A DNA stretch of 64,000 bases, from NCBI GenBank assembly GCA_043811375.1, contig JBDRNJ010000064.1, forward strand, positions 1-64,000, in the 5' to 3' direction. Origin of the DNA: a bacterium. GTDB lineage: Bacteria; Zixibacteria; MSB-5A5; GN15; FEB-12. Below the pieces are notes generated by a model. That model worked only from the letters and a program-made list of their open reading frames with translations. It had not been told where the DNA came from and made no database searches. Shown here in pieces: positions 38,722 to 50,522 of this stretch. How positions within the stretch are numbered: the stretch's first letter is position 1; each line of letters starts with the position of its first letter. Position numbers and translations under genes: made by a program.

Positions 38722-41196
38722 CTACTCCTTATCCGGGGCGTTCTTGACGTAGCGGTCGAGCCAGGTGGTCATCTCCCAGAGGACGTGCATCACTGACTCG
38801 CGGGCGCGGTAGCCGTGACTTTCGTGCGGCAACATCACCAGCCGGGCCGTCGCTCCCTGACCCTTTAACGCACTGTAGTAACGGCGGCTCTGCAGGGGAT
38901 AGGTACCGCTGTTGTTGTCGGCCTCGCCGTGGATGAGCAGAATAGGTTCATTGACTTTCTCGGCGTGCATGAACGGTGACATGGCGAAATAAACCTCCGG
39001 CGCCTCCCACAAGCTGCGCTCCTCGGACTGGAAGCCGAACGGCGTCAGTGTCCGATTGTAAGCACCGCTGCGAGCGATACCCGCCCGGTAAAGATCACAA
39101 TGCGCCAGCAGGTTGGCCGCCATGAAAGCGCCATACGAATGCCCGCCGATAGCCAGCCGATCAGGGTCGCCGACACCGCGCCGGACAACCTCGTCAACCG
39201 CCGCCTGGGCGCTGGCCACCAGTTGCTCGACATAAGTGTCGTTTGGTTCCACGTCGCCTTCGCCGACGATCGGCATGGTGGGATCATCAAGAATGGCATA
39301 GCCGTGTTCCAGCCATAACAGGGGCGAGTACCAGCCGATACGAATGAAACGATAGGGTGAGTCGGTCACCTGCCCGGCGGCATCGGCGCTCTTGTATTCC
39401 TGTGGGTAAGCCCACATCAACATCGGCAGTGGTCCGTCATCGGGAGAGTACCCGGCGGGCAAGTAGAGGGTGGCCGTCATCGGTACGCCGTCAGCGCGCT
39501 CGTAGCGAATAAGTTCCTTGTGCACATCGATCAGTTGCGGTGTCGGGTGCTGGAAGGTGGTGACCTGTTGGAGATCATCTTTTTTCAGGTCGCGAATAAA
39601 GTAGTTGGGCGGTTCGGTTATCGATTCCCGCCGTGTGAGCAGCTTGCGCTTCTTAATGTCCAGCAGACGTATCGGTTGTTCGTAATACGGCTCTTCCGAA
39701 CGGAACAGGCGTTGGTATTCTTTGGTCTTCAGGTCAAACTCATCCAGAAACGGTCGGTCGCCTTCTTCGGAGGCGCCATCGCCGGAAAGGAACAGAGTTC
39801 TACCCTTGTTTGCAGTCAGCAGGACACTGGTGCCGCGATCGGTCAAGCGCATGAGCGGCTGACCGGGATCGTTGTAGCGGTCTTCCCAGGAGCGGTCAAC
39901 CAGCAGCACCGGCTCGAAGCTCAGTGATCCCGGCTGGACATGCCAGCCCTGTATGCGGCGAGTTTTCCACCACCATTCGGTGACAATTGCCAGCTTGTCG
40001 TTGCCCCAACTGATATCATCGTATCGCAGGCTGAGAGTAATAAGCGGCACCGGGTCACTGTCGAACGGAGCCGCCAGCATGTAGACACGGTCACGCTCTT
40101 CTGCTTCGGCACTGGCGTCACCGGCGTCAAGCGCTTCTACCCAATGCAACATAGCGTCGGTATCGGCCCGCCAGCCGGCATCGCGGCGACCGGTGCGCAC
40201 TGAGCCAAAAGCCATCGGCACACTTTCGGCCAGCGGCAGGTCGGCCAATTCAAAAACTATATTACCGTCCAGGTCCCAGACTTCAATCCGCTGAGGGAAA
40301 CGATAAACCGGCACCGTATATGAAAATGGCCGGTGAATAGTCTCCACCAGTATGTACTTCCCGTCCGGAGAGGGAGTAGCCTGACTAATGATCCCGGCCG
40401 GGCCGATGGGTCTGCTTTCGCCGTCAAGCGTCAAACGTACTACCTGGGCGGTGGCGTAGTGTTCGAACATTGCTTCATCGTGGGCGTTTTTCAGCAGGTC
40501 CTGGTAAGTTCGTGCGGGCGCTTTGCCGCCGATATTCTCCTGAATCACCGGTCCTGCCGGCACCAGCGGTTCATCCGGAGCCTTGCCGCGTCCTTCCGGG
40601 ATTGTCTGGGTGATGATAGTGCGGCTGTCGGAAAGCCAACTGTAGGGAGTGCCATAGGCAGCGTTAAGCGGCAGGGATGATACCGGTGCGGCGGCGCCGT
40701 TTTTATTGTCGGCCGTCCACAGTTCCAGACGGTCGCCACGGGACACCGTGAAGGCAATCCGCTTGCTGTCTGGTGACCAGGTGACGTTCCTGATGCTGGG
40801 ATAGTCGGGCAGACCGCTGATAATGACTTCACTGCCATCGGAGATTTTCTTGAAAGTCAATTCGTTAAAGTAGTAACCGCGGCTGGGACCGTTGGTGCGG
40901 GGGTTGATACGCAGACCGGCCAGGCGCAACTCCGGTTGCGAGACTTCCTCCAGCGATTTGAGCGCCGGATACTTCAATAGCAGCATCCATTCCCCATCGG
41001 GACTGATATACACGACCGGTGTGCTGGGGGCATCGACCAGGTCGCTAATTGCTGCCGGCGGCATCCGGTAGCCCGCTTCGGATATGGCCTGCCCCTGGCC
41101 GAGCGCGGTGGAACAGAGCAGCAGCAGCAGCAAGGCGGCTGCAATGGTAAAGGGGAGATGATATCCCCGATGAATTCTTCTTTCGGTTGATGTCAT
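38722..41196 (-). CDS. Secreted S9 (prolyl oligopeptidase family) serine peptidase, glutamyl-endopeptidase-like
   Basis: Signal peptide, propeller region, GGHSYGAFM, HGEADNN, ESHGY; GGAGGT RBS before ATG 41196. Confidence 0.93.
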   Translation of the reverse strand: MTSTERRIHRGYHLPFTIAAALLLLLLCSTALGQGQAISEAGYRMPPAAISDLVDAPSTPVVYISPDGEWMLLLKYPALKSLEEVSQPELRLAGLRINPRTNGPSRGYYFNELTFKKISDGSEVIISGLPDYPSIRNVTWSPDSKRIAFTVSRGDRLELWTADNKNGAAAPVSSLPLNAAYGTPYSWLSDSRTIITQTIPEGRGKAPDEPLVPAGPVIQENIGGKAPARTYQDLLKNAHDEAMFEHYATAQVVRLTLDGESRPIGPAGIISQATPSPDGKYILVETIHRPFSYTVPVYRFPQRIEVWDLDGNIVFELADLPLAESVPMAFGSVRTGRRDAGWRADTDAMLHWVEALDAGDASAEAEERDRVYMLAAPFDSDPVPLITLSLRYDDISWGNDKLAIVTEWWWKTRRIQGWHVQPGSLSFEPVLLVDRSWEDRYNDPGQPLMRLTDRGTSVLLTANKGRTLFLSGDGASEEGDRPFLDEFDLKTKEYQRLFRSEEPYYEQPIRLLDIKKRKLLTRRESITEPPNYFIRDLKKDDLQQVTTFQHPTPQLIDVHKELIRYERADGVPMTATLYLPAGYSPDDGPLPMLMWAYPQEYKSADAAGQVTDSPYRFIRIGWYSPLLWLEHGYAILDDPTMPIVGEGDVEPNDTYVEQLVASAQAAVDEVVRRGVGDPDRLAIGGHSYGAFMAANLLAHCDLYRAGIARSGAYNRTLTPFGFQSEERSLWEAPEVYFAMSPFMHAEKVNEPILLIHGEADNNSGTYPLQSRRYYSALKGQGATARLVMLPHESHGYRARESVMHVLWEMTTWLDRYVKNAPDKE

Positions 41197-41432
41197 GACG
41201 GCTACCTCCACACAAGTGTAGTTATTACGCAGACATGTTATATTTTCGTACGGTTGGCTTTGTCGAATTACAAGAATACGGTCAGTGCTACCTCTCGACA
41301 AGTAATTTTGTGCTTTTCGGTCAGACTTGACTTCCAGTTACATTAGAGCTACTTTTAGTGATATTGAAGCAGGAGAAGAACTTTGCACACAAGATTCTCA
41401 AGTGACGACAGTAACAGTGATCGGGGTTCTGG

Positions 41433-41986
41433 ATGGATCCTGTAGCACAACAGATCATAAAACCCGAATTGAGTTCGGGAGAGCGGCTTTTATGGTGCGG
41501 AAGACCAAGGCGCGGACTGCTGCTCCGAAGACAAGACGCTTACCTTATTCCCTTCAGTTTGATCTGGTGTGGGTTTTTTACTTTGTTCATGATCGACACC
41601 GGAGATGAAAGCGCTCCTCCGATATTTCGGATTGTCGGATTGTTGTTTATAGTCTTTGGCTGTTACCATCTTTTCGGCAGGTTCTTCATTAATGCATTAG
41701 TCAGGGCACGCACCTACTACACTCTGACGTCCGAGCGAGTGGTTATCTCCACGGGGATATTCAGTCGCAATTTGCAGAGCATAAATCTCAGGGCGTTGAC
41801 GGAAATGGAGTTATCGGAGCATAGCGGTGGTCGGGGTACCATTACTTTGGGCCAAAGAACCCGTTTCAATCGTTCCATCAAGGTGGCTGGTTTCCCGGTA
41901 TGCGCCAGCTTCAGCCCATGCTTGAGCAGATCGAAGACGCCCGAGCAGTCTACGAGAAAATCCGAACCGCGCAGAACCAGGCATGA
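41433..41986 (+). pseudogene. Membrane protein with bacterial PH-like domain, frameshifted near 41848 (possibly sequencing error)
   Basis: ERLLWCGRP...YTLTSERVVI...GTIT; the -1 frame continues PKNPFQ...LEQIEDARAVYEKIRTAQNQA* to 41986. Confidence 0.65.
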
Positions 41987-42083
41987 GGTCTACCGGTCGT
42001 CGATCTTTGCGCACACCCCGATCTCCTTGACCCGCGCTTACTTCCGATTGTCTTGAAGTCAGTCAAAATCGCTAAAAAACCTG

Positions 42084-42111
42084 TTGACATCGGATTTGGC
42101 GCGGATATATT
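42084..42111 (+). promoter_or_regulatory. Candidate sigma70 promoter of the atp operon
   Basis: TTGACA-16bp-TATATT upstream of the first atp gene. Confidence 0.5.
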
Positions 42112-42147
42112 CCCCCCCAATTGATTTGACGGCAGGCGGAGGAAAGC

Positions 42148-42417
42148 TTGTTTAATCCCCGGCGAAACGAAAAAACACCCCGGGACATGCGGCAAATGAG
42201 CCTGTTCGTCGCGGTACCCGGCATTATGCTGGCGGCTCCCCTGATTGGATTTGGGGTTGGTTACTGGGCTGACGGCAAGCTGGGAACCGAGCCGTACCTG
42301 GCCGCTGCCGGTGCCCTGTTTGGCGTAGCTGCTGCCGGGATTGAGATAGCCCGCATCGTGAAGCGGGCCTCGGCGATGGACAAAGAAAAGGAAGATGATA
42401 CAGAACCTGGGACTTGA
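42148..42417 (+). CDS. AtpZ/AtpI family protein (ATPase gene 1)
   Basis: Two TM helices with GYWADGKLGTEP motif; first gene of the atp operon. Confidence 0.88.
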   Translation: MFNPRRNEKTPRDMRQMSLFVAVPGIMLAAPLIGFGVGYWADGKLGTEPYLAAAGALFGVAAAGIEIARIVKRASAMDKEKEDDTEPGT

Positions 42418-42811
42418 CTTTATCAGTCGCACTCTCCGATCAACCGGTCTGTTGCTGCTGATTTTTTTGTTACCGGGGATTTATTACTTCGGGTTTTTCC
42501 CGACATTGGCGGTGCTGTCCGGCGGTGTGTGGGGGATGATCAATCTTATGTTCCTGGCGGCCCTGATACGGACATCTTTGCGACCGGAACAGGTCGACAA
42601 ACTCAAAGTTGCCGGTTGGATTCTGATCAAGTTCCCGCTGCTTTACGCAGCCGGGTATTTTCTGATAAGAGTAGAGCAATTTGAACCCTTGCATTTGCTG
42701 ATCGGATTCTCTACACTGCTGGCTGTTATGGTGCTGAAAGTAATGGCCCGGGCGCTGCTGGGGCTGGATGAAGACCGCCGAAAAGGCAAGTCTCTTTCGG
42801 GAACTGTTTGA
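42395..42811 (+). CDS. atpI: ATP synthase subunit I
   Basis: Four TM helices directly upstream of subunit a. Confidence 0.8.
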   Translation: MIQNLGLDFISRTLRSTGLLLLIFLLPGIYYFGFFPTLAVLSGGVWGMINLMFLAALIRTSLRPEQVDKLKVAGWILIKFPLLYAAGYFLIRVEQFEPLHLLIGFSTLLAVMVLKVMARALLGLDEDRRKGKSLSGTV

Positions 42812-43665
42812 TGTTGTTTTACTATACGCATGTCGTTGGTCTGATGCTGACCAAATTGACCCCGGTTCTGTTTGCCGTAGTCACCGGGGAGCATGGTGAT
42901 ACCCATGAGGCCGAAGGGAATGGCGGCGAGCACGGCGGGGGAACCCACCTGCCCAATCTTGTCGGCTTAGTGTTCGGCTATGACAGTGTAGTCAACGACT
43001 GGGTGAACGTTATTTTTGCGTTTACGATTGCGATTTTTTTCACGATCTGTTCCAACATCGTTTATCGTCGTCGTCAGATGATCCCGGGGAAGTTCCAGAA
43101 TCTTATGGAGATGCTCGTAGAGGGAATGTACAACTTCATCTATTCCATTCTGGGCAAAGAGACCAAAAGATACATCCCTTTTCTGGGGACGCTGTTCTTT
43201 TATATCCTGGGCATGAACTGGATCGGCATGGTGCCGTTAGGGCATTCACCATCGACCAGTCTTACCATCACGGCATCGTTGGCGATAATAGTCTTCATTT
43301 ATGCACAGTATACCGGTGTTCGCAGGTTGGGAGTGCTGGGCTATGTGCACCACATGGCGGGCAGTCCGCGCGAGACGATAAGCTGGTGCATGGTGCCGCT
43401 GCTTCTACCGCTGCACATAATCGGCGAGCTGGCCAAACCGTTCAGCCTGGCTTTGCGACTTTTCGGCAATATCACAGGTGAAGATACATTGATTGCCGTT
43501 TTTGTGATGCTGGGAATCAGTATCCTGGCTTTTTCGCCGGTAGGTGTGCCGTTGCAGATACCGTTTTACTTCCTGGGTCTGCTGCTGTCAACTATCCAAG
43601 CCCTGGTCTTTACGCTGCTGTCGACGATTTATATATTGTTGATGCTGCCGCACGAGGAACATTGA
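42811..43665 (+). CDS. atpB: F0 subunit a
   Basis: PGKFQN, SLALRLFGNI, IQALVFTLL. Confidence 0.97.
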   Translation: MLFYYTHVVGLMLTKLTPVLFAVVTGEHGDTHEAEGNGGEHGGGTHLPNLVGLVFGYDSVVNDWVNVIFAFTIAIFFTICSNIVYRRRQMIPGKFQNLMEMLVEGMYNFIYSILGKETKRYIPFLGTLFFYILGMNWIGMVPLGHSPSTSLTITASLAIIVFIYAQYTGVRRLGVLGYVHHMAGSPRETISWCMVPLLLPLHIIGELAKPFSLALRLFGNITGEDTLIAVFVMLGISILAFSPVGVPLQIPFYFLGLLLSTIQALVFTLLSTIYILLMLPHEEH

Positions 43666-43736
43666 TTCTGACCATAGAGATAAAGAAAAGATAAACGAAA
43701 CGATTGACGGAATATAGAATCCTTAAGGAGGATGAA

Positions 43737-43970
43737 ATGGATTATCAGACGGCATTAGGCTTTGCGGCTCCAATTGCTGTGGGACTGGCTGCGATCGGTT
43801 CCGGGCTGGGTATCGGACGGGCGGTCGGGTCCGCGATGGAAGCGATGGGACGTCAGCCGGAAGCGGCCGGCAAGATTCAGACGGCGATGATTATCGGTGC
43901 CGCCTTTATTGAGGCGCTGACAATCTACGTGTTTATCGTCTTCATCATGGCCAGCGAAAAGATCGGCTGA
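43737..43970 (+). CDS. atpE: F0 subunit c (probably H+-coupled)
   Basis: GLGIG, RQPEA, FIEAL; lacks the Q...E(S/T) Na+ signature; AAGGAGG RBS. Confidence 0.97.
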   Translation: MDYQTALGFAAPIAVGLAAIGSGLGIGRAVGSAMEAMGRQPEAAGKIQTAMIIGAAFIEALTIYVFIVFIMASEKIG

Positions 43971-44044
43971 TCTTTGCGGCGACTGTCTCGTTTTGCCACA
44001 ACCGGCGGTAACGAGACGGACACCGGCAAAGGTACGGTAATATA

Positions 44045-44527
44045 ATGGATTTTGTGTGGCAACAGGCACTGACGCACGCGGTCGGCTTTTTGATCACGGT
44101 CTGGATTCTCAAGCGATTCGCCTGGGGACCGCTGCTCTCTTTACTGGAGGAGCGGCGCAACAAGATTGCCGATGAGTTCAAGGCAATCGAAGACGAAAAG
44201 GCCAAGACAGCCGAACTGACCGCCGATTACGAAGCCCGGCTCAAAGAGATCGATGCCGAGCGTCGCGCCCGGCTGGTGGAAGCGGTCAACGAAGGCAAGA
44301 AAATCGCTGAGGAGATCAGGACGTCGGCTCGCGAAGAGGTTAAGGTCATCAACGCCAAGGCCAAAACTGACCTGGTGCGTGAAGTGGCCAAGGCCAAAGT
44401 GCAGTTGAAAAACGACATGGTCGCCATGACGATCACTGCTACCGAGCGTATCATAAATGAGAAGCTCGACGATGCCAAGCACCGTGAATTGATCGGTAAC
44501 TTTATCGACAACGTGGAGAAAGCATAA
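44045..44527 (+). CDS. atpF: F0 subunit b
   Basis: N-terminal TM, WGPLLSLLEERR, coiled coil. Confidence 0.95.
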   Translation: MDFVWQQALTHAVGFLITVWILKRFAWGPLLSLLEERRNKIADEFKAIEDEKAKTAELTADYEARLKEIDAERRARLVEAVNEGKKIAEEIRTSAREEVKVINAKAKTDLVREVAKAKVQLKNDMVAMTITATERIINEKLDDAKHRELIGNFIDNVEKA

Positions 44528-44534
44528 GAGCCCG

Positions 44535-45083
44535 ATGTTAGCCCAGGAAGTTGCCAGGAAGTATGCTCAGGCGCTGTTTCTCGCGGCCAAAGAGAAGGAC
44601 CTGATCGACAGAGCGTACGAGCAGTTCACTGATCTGAAGAGCTACCTGGACAGCGACGACACACTGTTGAACTTCCTCAATGCGCCGCACGTGCTTGATG
44701 AACATAAGCTGGCGCTGGTACGTGATGTTTTCAGCAAGCGTATTGATCGGTTGTTTGTGGAGTTGCTGGTGGTGCTGGTGCTTAAACACCGTATCGGCTT
44801 TCTCCCGGAAGTGATCGATGAGCTTACTCGTCTGGTGGAAGCGGAGAATGGCATCGGTCGAGCTACGGTGCTTACGGCACTGCCGCTGACCGAGTCCGAA
44901 AAGGTTTCGCTGATTGACAGGTTAACGGCCAAGACTGATCTGAAAATTGTGCTGGAGGAAAAAATCGATCTCGATATCCTGGGTGGTATGATCGTAATCC
45001 TGCACAACGAAATTATCGATGGTTCGGTGCGCCGCGGTCTCGATCTGCTGGATGAGCAACTGGCCAAAGTGAAGGTGGTGTAG
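44535..45083 (+). CDS. atpH: F1 subunit delta
   Basis: ARKYAQALF, ILGGMIV, IIDGSV. Confidence 0.95.
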   Translation: MLAQEVARKYAQALFLAAKEKDLIDRAYEQFTDLKSYLDSDDTLLNFLNAPHVLDEHKLALVRDVFSKRIDRLFVELLVVLVLKHRIGFLPEVIDELTRLVEAENGIGRATVLTALPLTESEKVSLIDRLTAKTDLKIVLEEKIDLDILGGMIVILHNEIIDGSVRRGLDLLDEQLAKVKVV

Positions 45084-45091
45084 CACAGTAA

Positions 45092-45165
45092 GCAGGGCGG
45101 GATCCCCAGCGATCCTGCCATCGAAGTAAAAAAGAACCGGCAGGAGCACAAGGCTTCTGTCCTGC
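45092..45165. repeat. Inverted pair of REP-like palindromes between atpH and atpA
   Basis: GCAG-GGCGGGATC-n6-GATCCTGCC and, on the other strand, GCAG-GACAGAAGC-n-GCTCCTGCC. Confidence 0.55.
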
Positions 45166-45237
45166 AATACCTGGTCTTTACAGGTTGTGTAGTTGGTATG
45201 ACAAAATGTGTAATGTTCATAATATCCGGAGTTGGTA

Positions 45238-46752
45238 ATGGGTCTCAACCCTGAGGAAGTATCGTCAGTAATTAAAAAAGAGCTGGAGAAATACGAAACC
45301 AAGCTCGAGATGGAATCGGTCGGGACAGTTCTCCAGGTGGGTGATGGTATTGCCCGAGTCTGGGGTCTGGAAGATGTCCAGATGTCCGAACTGATTCAGT
45401 TTCCCGGCGACATTATCGGTCTGGTGCTCAATCTTGAGGAAGACAACGTTGGCGCCGCGCTATTCGGATCGGACACGAATATCAAAGAGGGCGACACCGT
45501 TAGACGAACCGGCAAAGTGGCCCAGGTTCCCGTCGGCGAAGCGCTGGAGGGACGTGTGGTCAATCCGCTGGGACAACCACTGGACGGCAAGGGACCGATT
45601 GTCACCGACAAGTTCCGACCTATCGAAGGTCACTCCCCCGGTGTCGTGGATCGTCAACCGGTGAAGGAGCCGCTGCATACCGGACTGAAGGCGATTGATT
45701 CCATGATCCCCATCGGTCGCGGACAGCGGGAGTTGATTATCGGCGACCGCCAGACCGGCAAGACGGCGCTGGCCATCGATACTATCATCAACCAGAAAGA
45801 CACCGATGTCCACTGCATCTATGTAGCCATCGGGCAAAAGTCATCGACGGTGGCTCAGGTGGTGGAAGTGTTGCGCAAGTATGGAGCTATGGACTACACC
45901 ACAGTAGTAACAGCCAGTGCGACCGATCCTGCCCCGCTGCAGTATATTGCACCCTACGCCGGCTGTGCTATGGGCGAATACTTCCGTGATAAAGGCGGCC
46001 ACGCCCTGTGTATCTACGATGACCTGTCCAAGCAGGCTCAATCCTACCGGCAGTTGTCGCTGTTGCTGCGGCGCCCGCCGGGACGCGAAGCCTACCCGGG
46101 CGACATTTTCTACTGTCATTCCCGTCTGCTGGAACGGGCGGCCAAGCTGTCCGATGCCGGCGGCGCCGGCTCGCTGACGGCGCTGCCCATTATCGAGACA
46201 CAGGCCGGTGACGTGTCGGCCTATATCCCTACCAACGTGATCTCAATCACCGACGGCCAGATATTCCTGGAGTCGGAATTGTTCTTTGCCGGTGTTCGGC
46301 CGGGTATCAATGTCGGTATCTCGGTCTCGCGTGTCGGTGGTAATGCTCAGACCCGGATGATGCGCCAGGTGGCCGGATCGTTAAAGCTCGACCTGGCCCA
46401 GTTCCGCGAACTGGAAGCGTTTACTCAGTTCGGTTCCGATCTGGACGAGGCTACCCTCAAGCAGCTTAATCGTGGTCAGAAGATGGTGGAGCTGCTCAAG
46501 CAGGGCCAGTATAAACCGGTACCGATTGCACGCCAGGTAATGATAATCTGGGTCGGCACCAAGGGGCATCTGGACGACGTGGCCGTTGATGATATCGCCC
46601 GGTTCGAGACCGAGTTCGGCGCTTTCTGCGATGAGAAGTATCCTGATATCGAGCATACGCTGAAGCAGGATCTGAAAATATCCGACGAGCTGGACGCCAA
46701 GCTGGCAGCGGCGACTAAGGACTTCAAGGCACAGTTTAAGGCAGAAAGCTGA
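45238..46752 (+). CDS. atpA: F1 subunit alpha
   Basis: [24 protein letters not shown]. Confidence 0.99.
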   Translation: MGLNPEEVSSVIKKELEKYETKLEMESVGTVLQVGDGIARVWGLEDVQMSELIQFPGDIIGLVLNLEEDNVGAALFGSDTNIKEGDTVRRTGKVAQVPVGEALEGRVVNPLGQPLDGKGPIVTDKFRPIEGHSPGVVDRQPVKEPLHTGLKAIDSMIPIGRGQRELIIGDRQTGKTALAIDTIINQKDTDVHCIYVAIGQKSSTVAQVVEVLRKYGAMDYTTVVTASATDPAPLQYIAPYAGCAMGEYFRDKGGHALCIYDDLSKQAQSYRQLSLLLRRPPGREAYPGDIFYCHSRLLERAAKLSDAGGAGSLTALPIIETQAGDVSAYIPTNVISITDGQIFLESELFFAGVRPGINVGISVSRVGGNAQTRMMRQVAGSLKLDLAQFRELEAFTQFGSDLDEATLKQLNRGQKMVELLKQGQYKPVPIARQVMIIWVGTKGHLDDVAVDDIARFETEFGAFCDEKYPDIEHTLKQDLKISDELDAKLAAATKDFKAQFKAES

Positions 46753-47378
46753 TGATGAAAAGGATGGGGTTATTCTTTTTCACTCTCCTGGTGTTGTCCA
46801 TGGCGTCAGCGACTGCTAGTTCTGCACAAAATCGAATAGAGACAGGAGTGAAAGCCGGTGTGAATTTCGCAAATCGTTTCGGCGATATCCATCCTCAAGA
46901 TTGGAAAACGGGGTTCTGTGGCGGGGGTTTTGTCGCGTTCTATGTCAACGACATATTTGCGATTCAGCCGGAAGTCCTATTCAGCATGAAGGGATCGAAA
47001 TGGACGCGTCCGTCGACATTTGGCGACGAGCGTATTACCGTGAAACTAAACTATTGGGAAATCCCGGTGCTGGCCAAGCTTGCGTTGCCCACTCAGAGTA
47101 CTATTCGGTTTACTCTTTTTGCTGGACCATCACTAGGCATTAAATTGAGTGCTAAGGCAAGGGTTGAATCACCAGCAGGCACAAAAACAGAAGATATTGA
47201 GGAGATTAAGAAAACTGAGTTCGGAGTAGCTTTCGGTGTCGGTGTTGACTTGCGCCGTGGTAAGAACACCCTTACGTTTGACGTCCGTTATACCCATGGG
47301 CTGACTACAATTGACGAGTACAACATGTGTGAGGACAAGAATAAAGTCGTTTCACTAATGGTCGGATATGCATTTTGA
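46752..47378 (+). CDS. Outer-membrane beta-barrel protein (OMP_b-brl_2 / PorT-like)
   Basis: Signal peptide, GVKAGVNFA, IQPEVLFSMKG, YWEIPVLAK, DVRYTHGL, terminal VGYAF. Confidence 0.88.
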   Translation: MMKRMGLFFFTLLVLSMASATASSAQNRIETGVKAGVNFANRFGDIHPQDWKTGFCGGGFVAFYVNDIFAIQPEVLFSMKGSKWTRPSTFGDERITVKLNYWEIPVLAKLALPTQSTIRFTLFAGPSLGIKLSAKARVESPAGTKTEDIEEIKKTEFGVAFGVGVDLRRGKNTLTFDVRYTHGLTTIDEYNMCEDKNKVVSLMVGYAF

Positions 47379-47411
47379 ACAAGATAGCATCTTGTTGTGT
47401 CTGCTGTTTTG

Positions 47412-47480
47412 GTGGGCGGCAGATGTCCACATCTGCCCCATGCTCGATAGAGTTGGCGCACGGGGACGTACGCCAACCAC
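47412..47480. repeat. Inverted REP-like doublet between the beta-barrel gene and atpG
   Basis: GTGGGCGGCAGATGTCCACATCTGCCCCA plus reverse complement of GTGGTTGGCGTACGTCCCCGTGCGCCAAC. Confidence 0.8.
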
Positions 47481-47522
47481 AGAACCGCATTTTGTAATGG
47501 AAGAACAGAATAGACCACGCCA

Positions 47523-48392
47523 ATGGCGACGCTGAGAGAAGTACAAAAACGGATTAAGTCGGTCATATCGACCAGGCGCATTACCAATGCGATGGAGATG
47601 GTGGCCGCAGCCAAGTTGCGACGGGCACAACAGCGTGTCGAGCAGGCTCGTCCCTACAGTGAAAAGATGGACGAAATGCTCAGCCATTTGGCGGCCGGCA
47701 CTACCGAGGAAGTTGTTCACCCCTACTTTGAAGAGCGGCCGATCAGGAAGAAAACACTGGTGGCGTTTGCGTCTGACCGCGGCATGTGCGGTTCCTTCAA
47801 CTCCAATATCATTCGCCGCACCTCGCAATGGATTGAGAAGAACCAGGATGCCGATATCGAACTGGTGCTGATCGGTAAAAAGGTGCATGATTTCTTCAAG
47901 ACCCGTCCCTATAAGATCGTCAACTACTACGGCGACTGGGGTGGGACGCTCGATTATGACAAGGCCCGCCGGGTGGTCTCTTTCCTGACGGAACGGTTTG
48001 TAGGTGGTGAAACCGATGAGATTACGCTGCTGTTTACGCGGTTTTTGTCAATGGTCAAGTACCGCGTGTCGCAGGAGCGTTACCTGCCGGTGGCCCGTCC
48101 GGAAATGGCCGAGGACGAAACCGGTGTCAGCCGGGATTACATTTTTGAACCATCGCCGGACCGGATATATGCGGCTCTGATGCCCGGCTACGCGACTACC
48201 AAGCTGATCACCGCGCTGGTGGAATCTTTTGCCAGCGAACACGGCAGCCGGATGATCGCCATGAATGCCGCAACCAAAAACGCCGGTGAAATGATCGACA
48301 GCCTGACGCTGGACTACAACAAGGCCCGTCAGGCGCAGATTACCAAGGAACTGCTGGAGGTTGTCTCCGGCGCAGAAGCCCTCAAGGGTTAG
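47523..48392 (+). CDS. atpG: F1 subunit gamma
   Basis: ITNAMEMVAAAK, SDRGMCGSFN, YNKARQAQITKEL. Confidence 0.98.
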   Translation: MATLREVQKRIKSVISTRRITNAMEMVAAAKLRRAQQRVEQARPYSEKMDEMLSHLAAGTTEEVVHPYFEERPIRKKTLVAFASDRGMCGSFNSNIIRRTSQWIEKNQDADIELVLIGKKVHDFFKTRPYKIVNYYGDWGGTLDYDKARRVVSFLTERFVGGETDEITLLFTRFLSMVKYRVSQERYLPVARPEMAEDETGVSRDYIFEPSPDRIYAALMPGYATTKLITALVESFASEHGSRMIAMNAATKNAGEMIDSLTLDYNKARQAQITKELLEVVSGAEALKG

Positions 48393-48438
48393 TTTGAATT
48401 GAGAAAAAGTGTGTTTTCCATAAAACGGAGTACCGTAA

Positions 48439-49845
<1,407 letters not shown>

Positions 49846-49851
49846 GCGGTC

Positions 49852-50262
49852 ATGTTTGTACTGTCCATAGTTACGCCGGAGAAGGTCTTCTACGAGGATG
49901 AGATTAACTCCCTGGTGGTACCGGGAACGGAAGGTTACCTGGGGGTTCTGTCTCACCACGCGCCTCTCATAACGGCCCTGCAACCGGGTAAAATCAGGTT
50001 CCGTGATGCTGACGACCAGATAAACATCCTGGCCGTATCAGGCGGTTTCCTGGAGGTTTCCAGCAATAAGGCGACACTGCTGGCCGACGCCGTTGAGCGC
50101 GCTGATGAAATCGATGTCGAGCGCGCCCAGGCCACTTATGATCGCGAAAAAAACCGGCTGGTCTCAGCCGGCAAGGGTGAAACAGACATCGACCTGCCGG
50201 CCGTACGAGCGGCGATTGAGAGAGCCGCCAACCGGATCAGGATTTACAGGGAGACGCACTAG
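49852..50262 (+). CDS. atpC: F1 subunit epsilon
   Basis: [24 protein letters not shown]. Confidence 0.96.
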   Translation: MFVLSIVTPEKVFYEDEINSLVVPGTEGYLGVLSHHAPLITALQPGKIRFRDADDQINILAVSGGFLEVSSNKATLLADAVERADEIDVERAQATYDREKNRLVSAGKGETDIDLPAVRAAIERAANRIRIYRETH

Positions 50263-50485
50263 TTCCAACCCCGGATGTTCCGATACCGACCCCTGTTGGT
50301 GACCGGGCTGTAGCCGGTATTTTACCGCCGAATGAGTAATACTACCGCTGCCTTCACAAACTGACCGACATGCGCGTTCGCCTTCCGATGGATAGCTGCG
50401 AACCAAGTTATTCAGCGATATGCATTTTGGACGCCCGTTGGTTGTAACCCACTAAGTCTCACGCCGTTGCGGGGACGTTTTATGC

Positions 50486-50514
50486 TTGACTTTTGGCGAT
50501 ATACAGGATACAAT
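50486..50514 (+). promoter_or_regulatory. Sigma70-like promoter of the yceD-rpmF-plsX-fab operon
   Basis: TTGACT-17bp-TACAAT. Confidence 0.6.
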
Positions 50515-50522
50515 TGAAAGCT

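Noticed and set aside
43737..43970. Na+-translocating or N-type ATPase
   Set aside because: The c subunit lacks the Na+-binding signature and gene order is the standard F-type.
50263..50485. Structured ncRNA after atpC
   Set aside because: No recognisable family motif or strong stem by eye; an Rfam scan would be needed.
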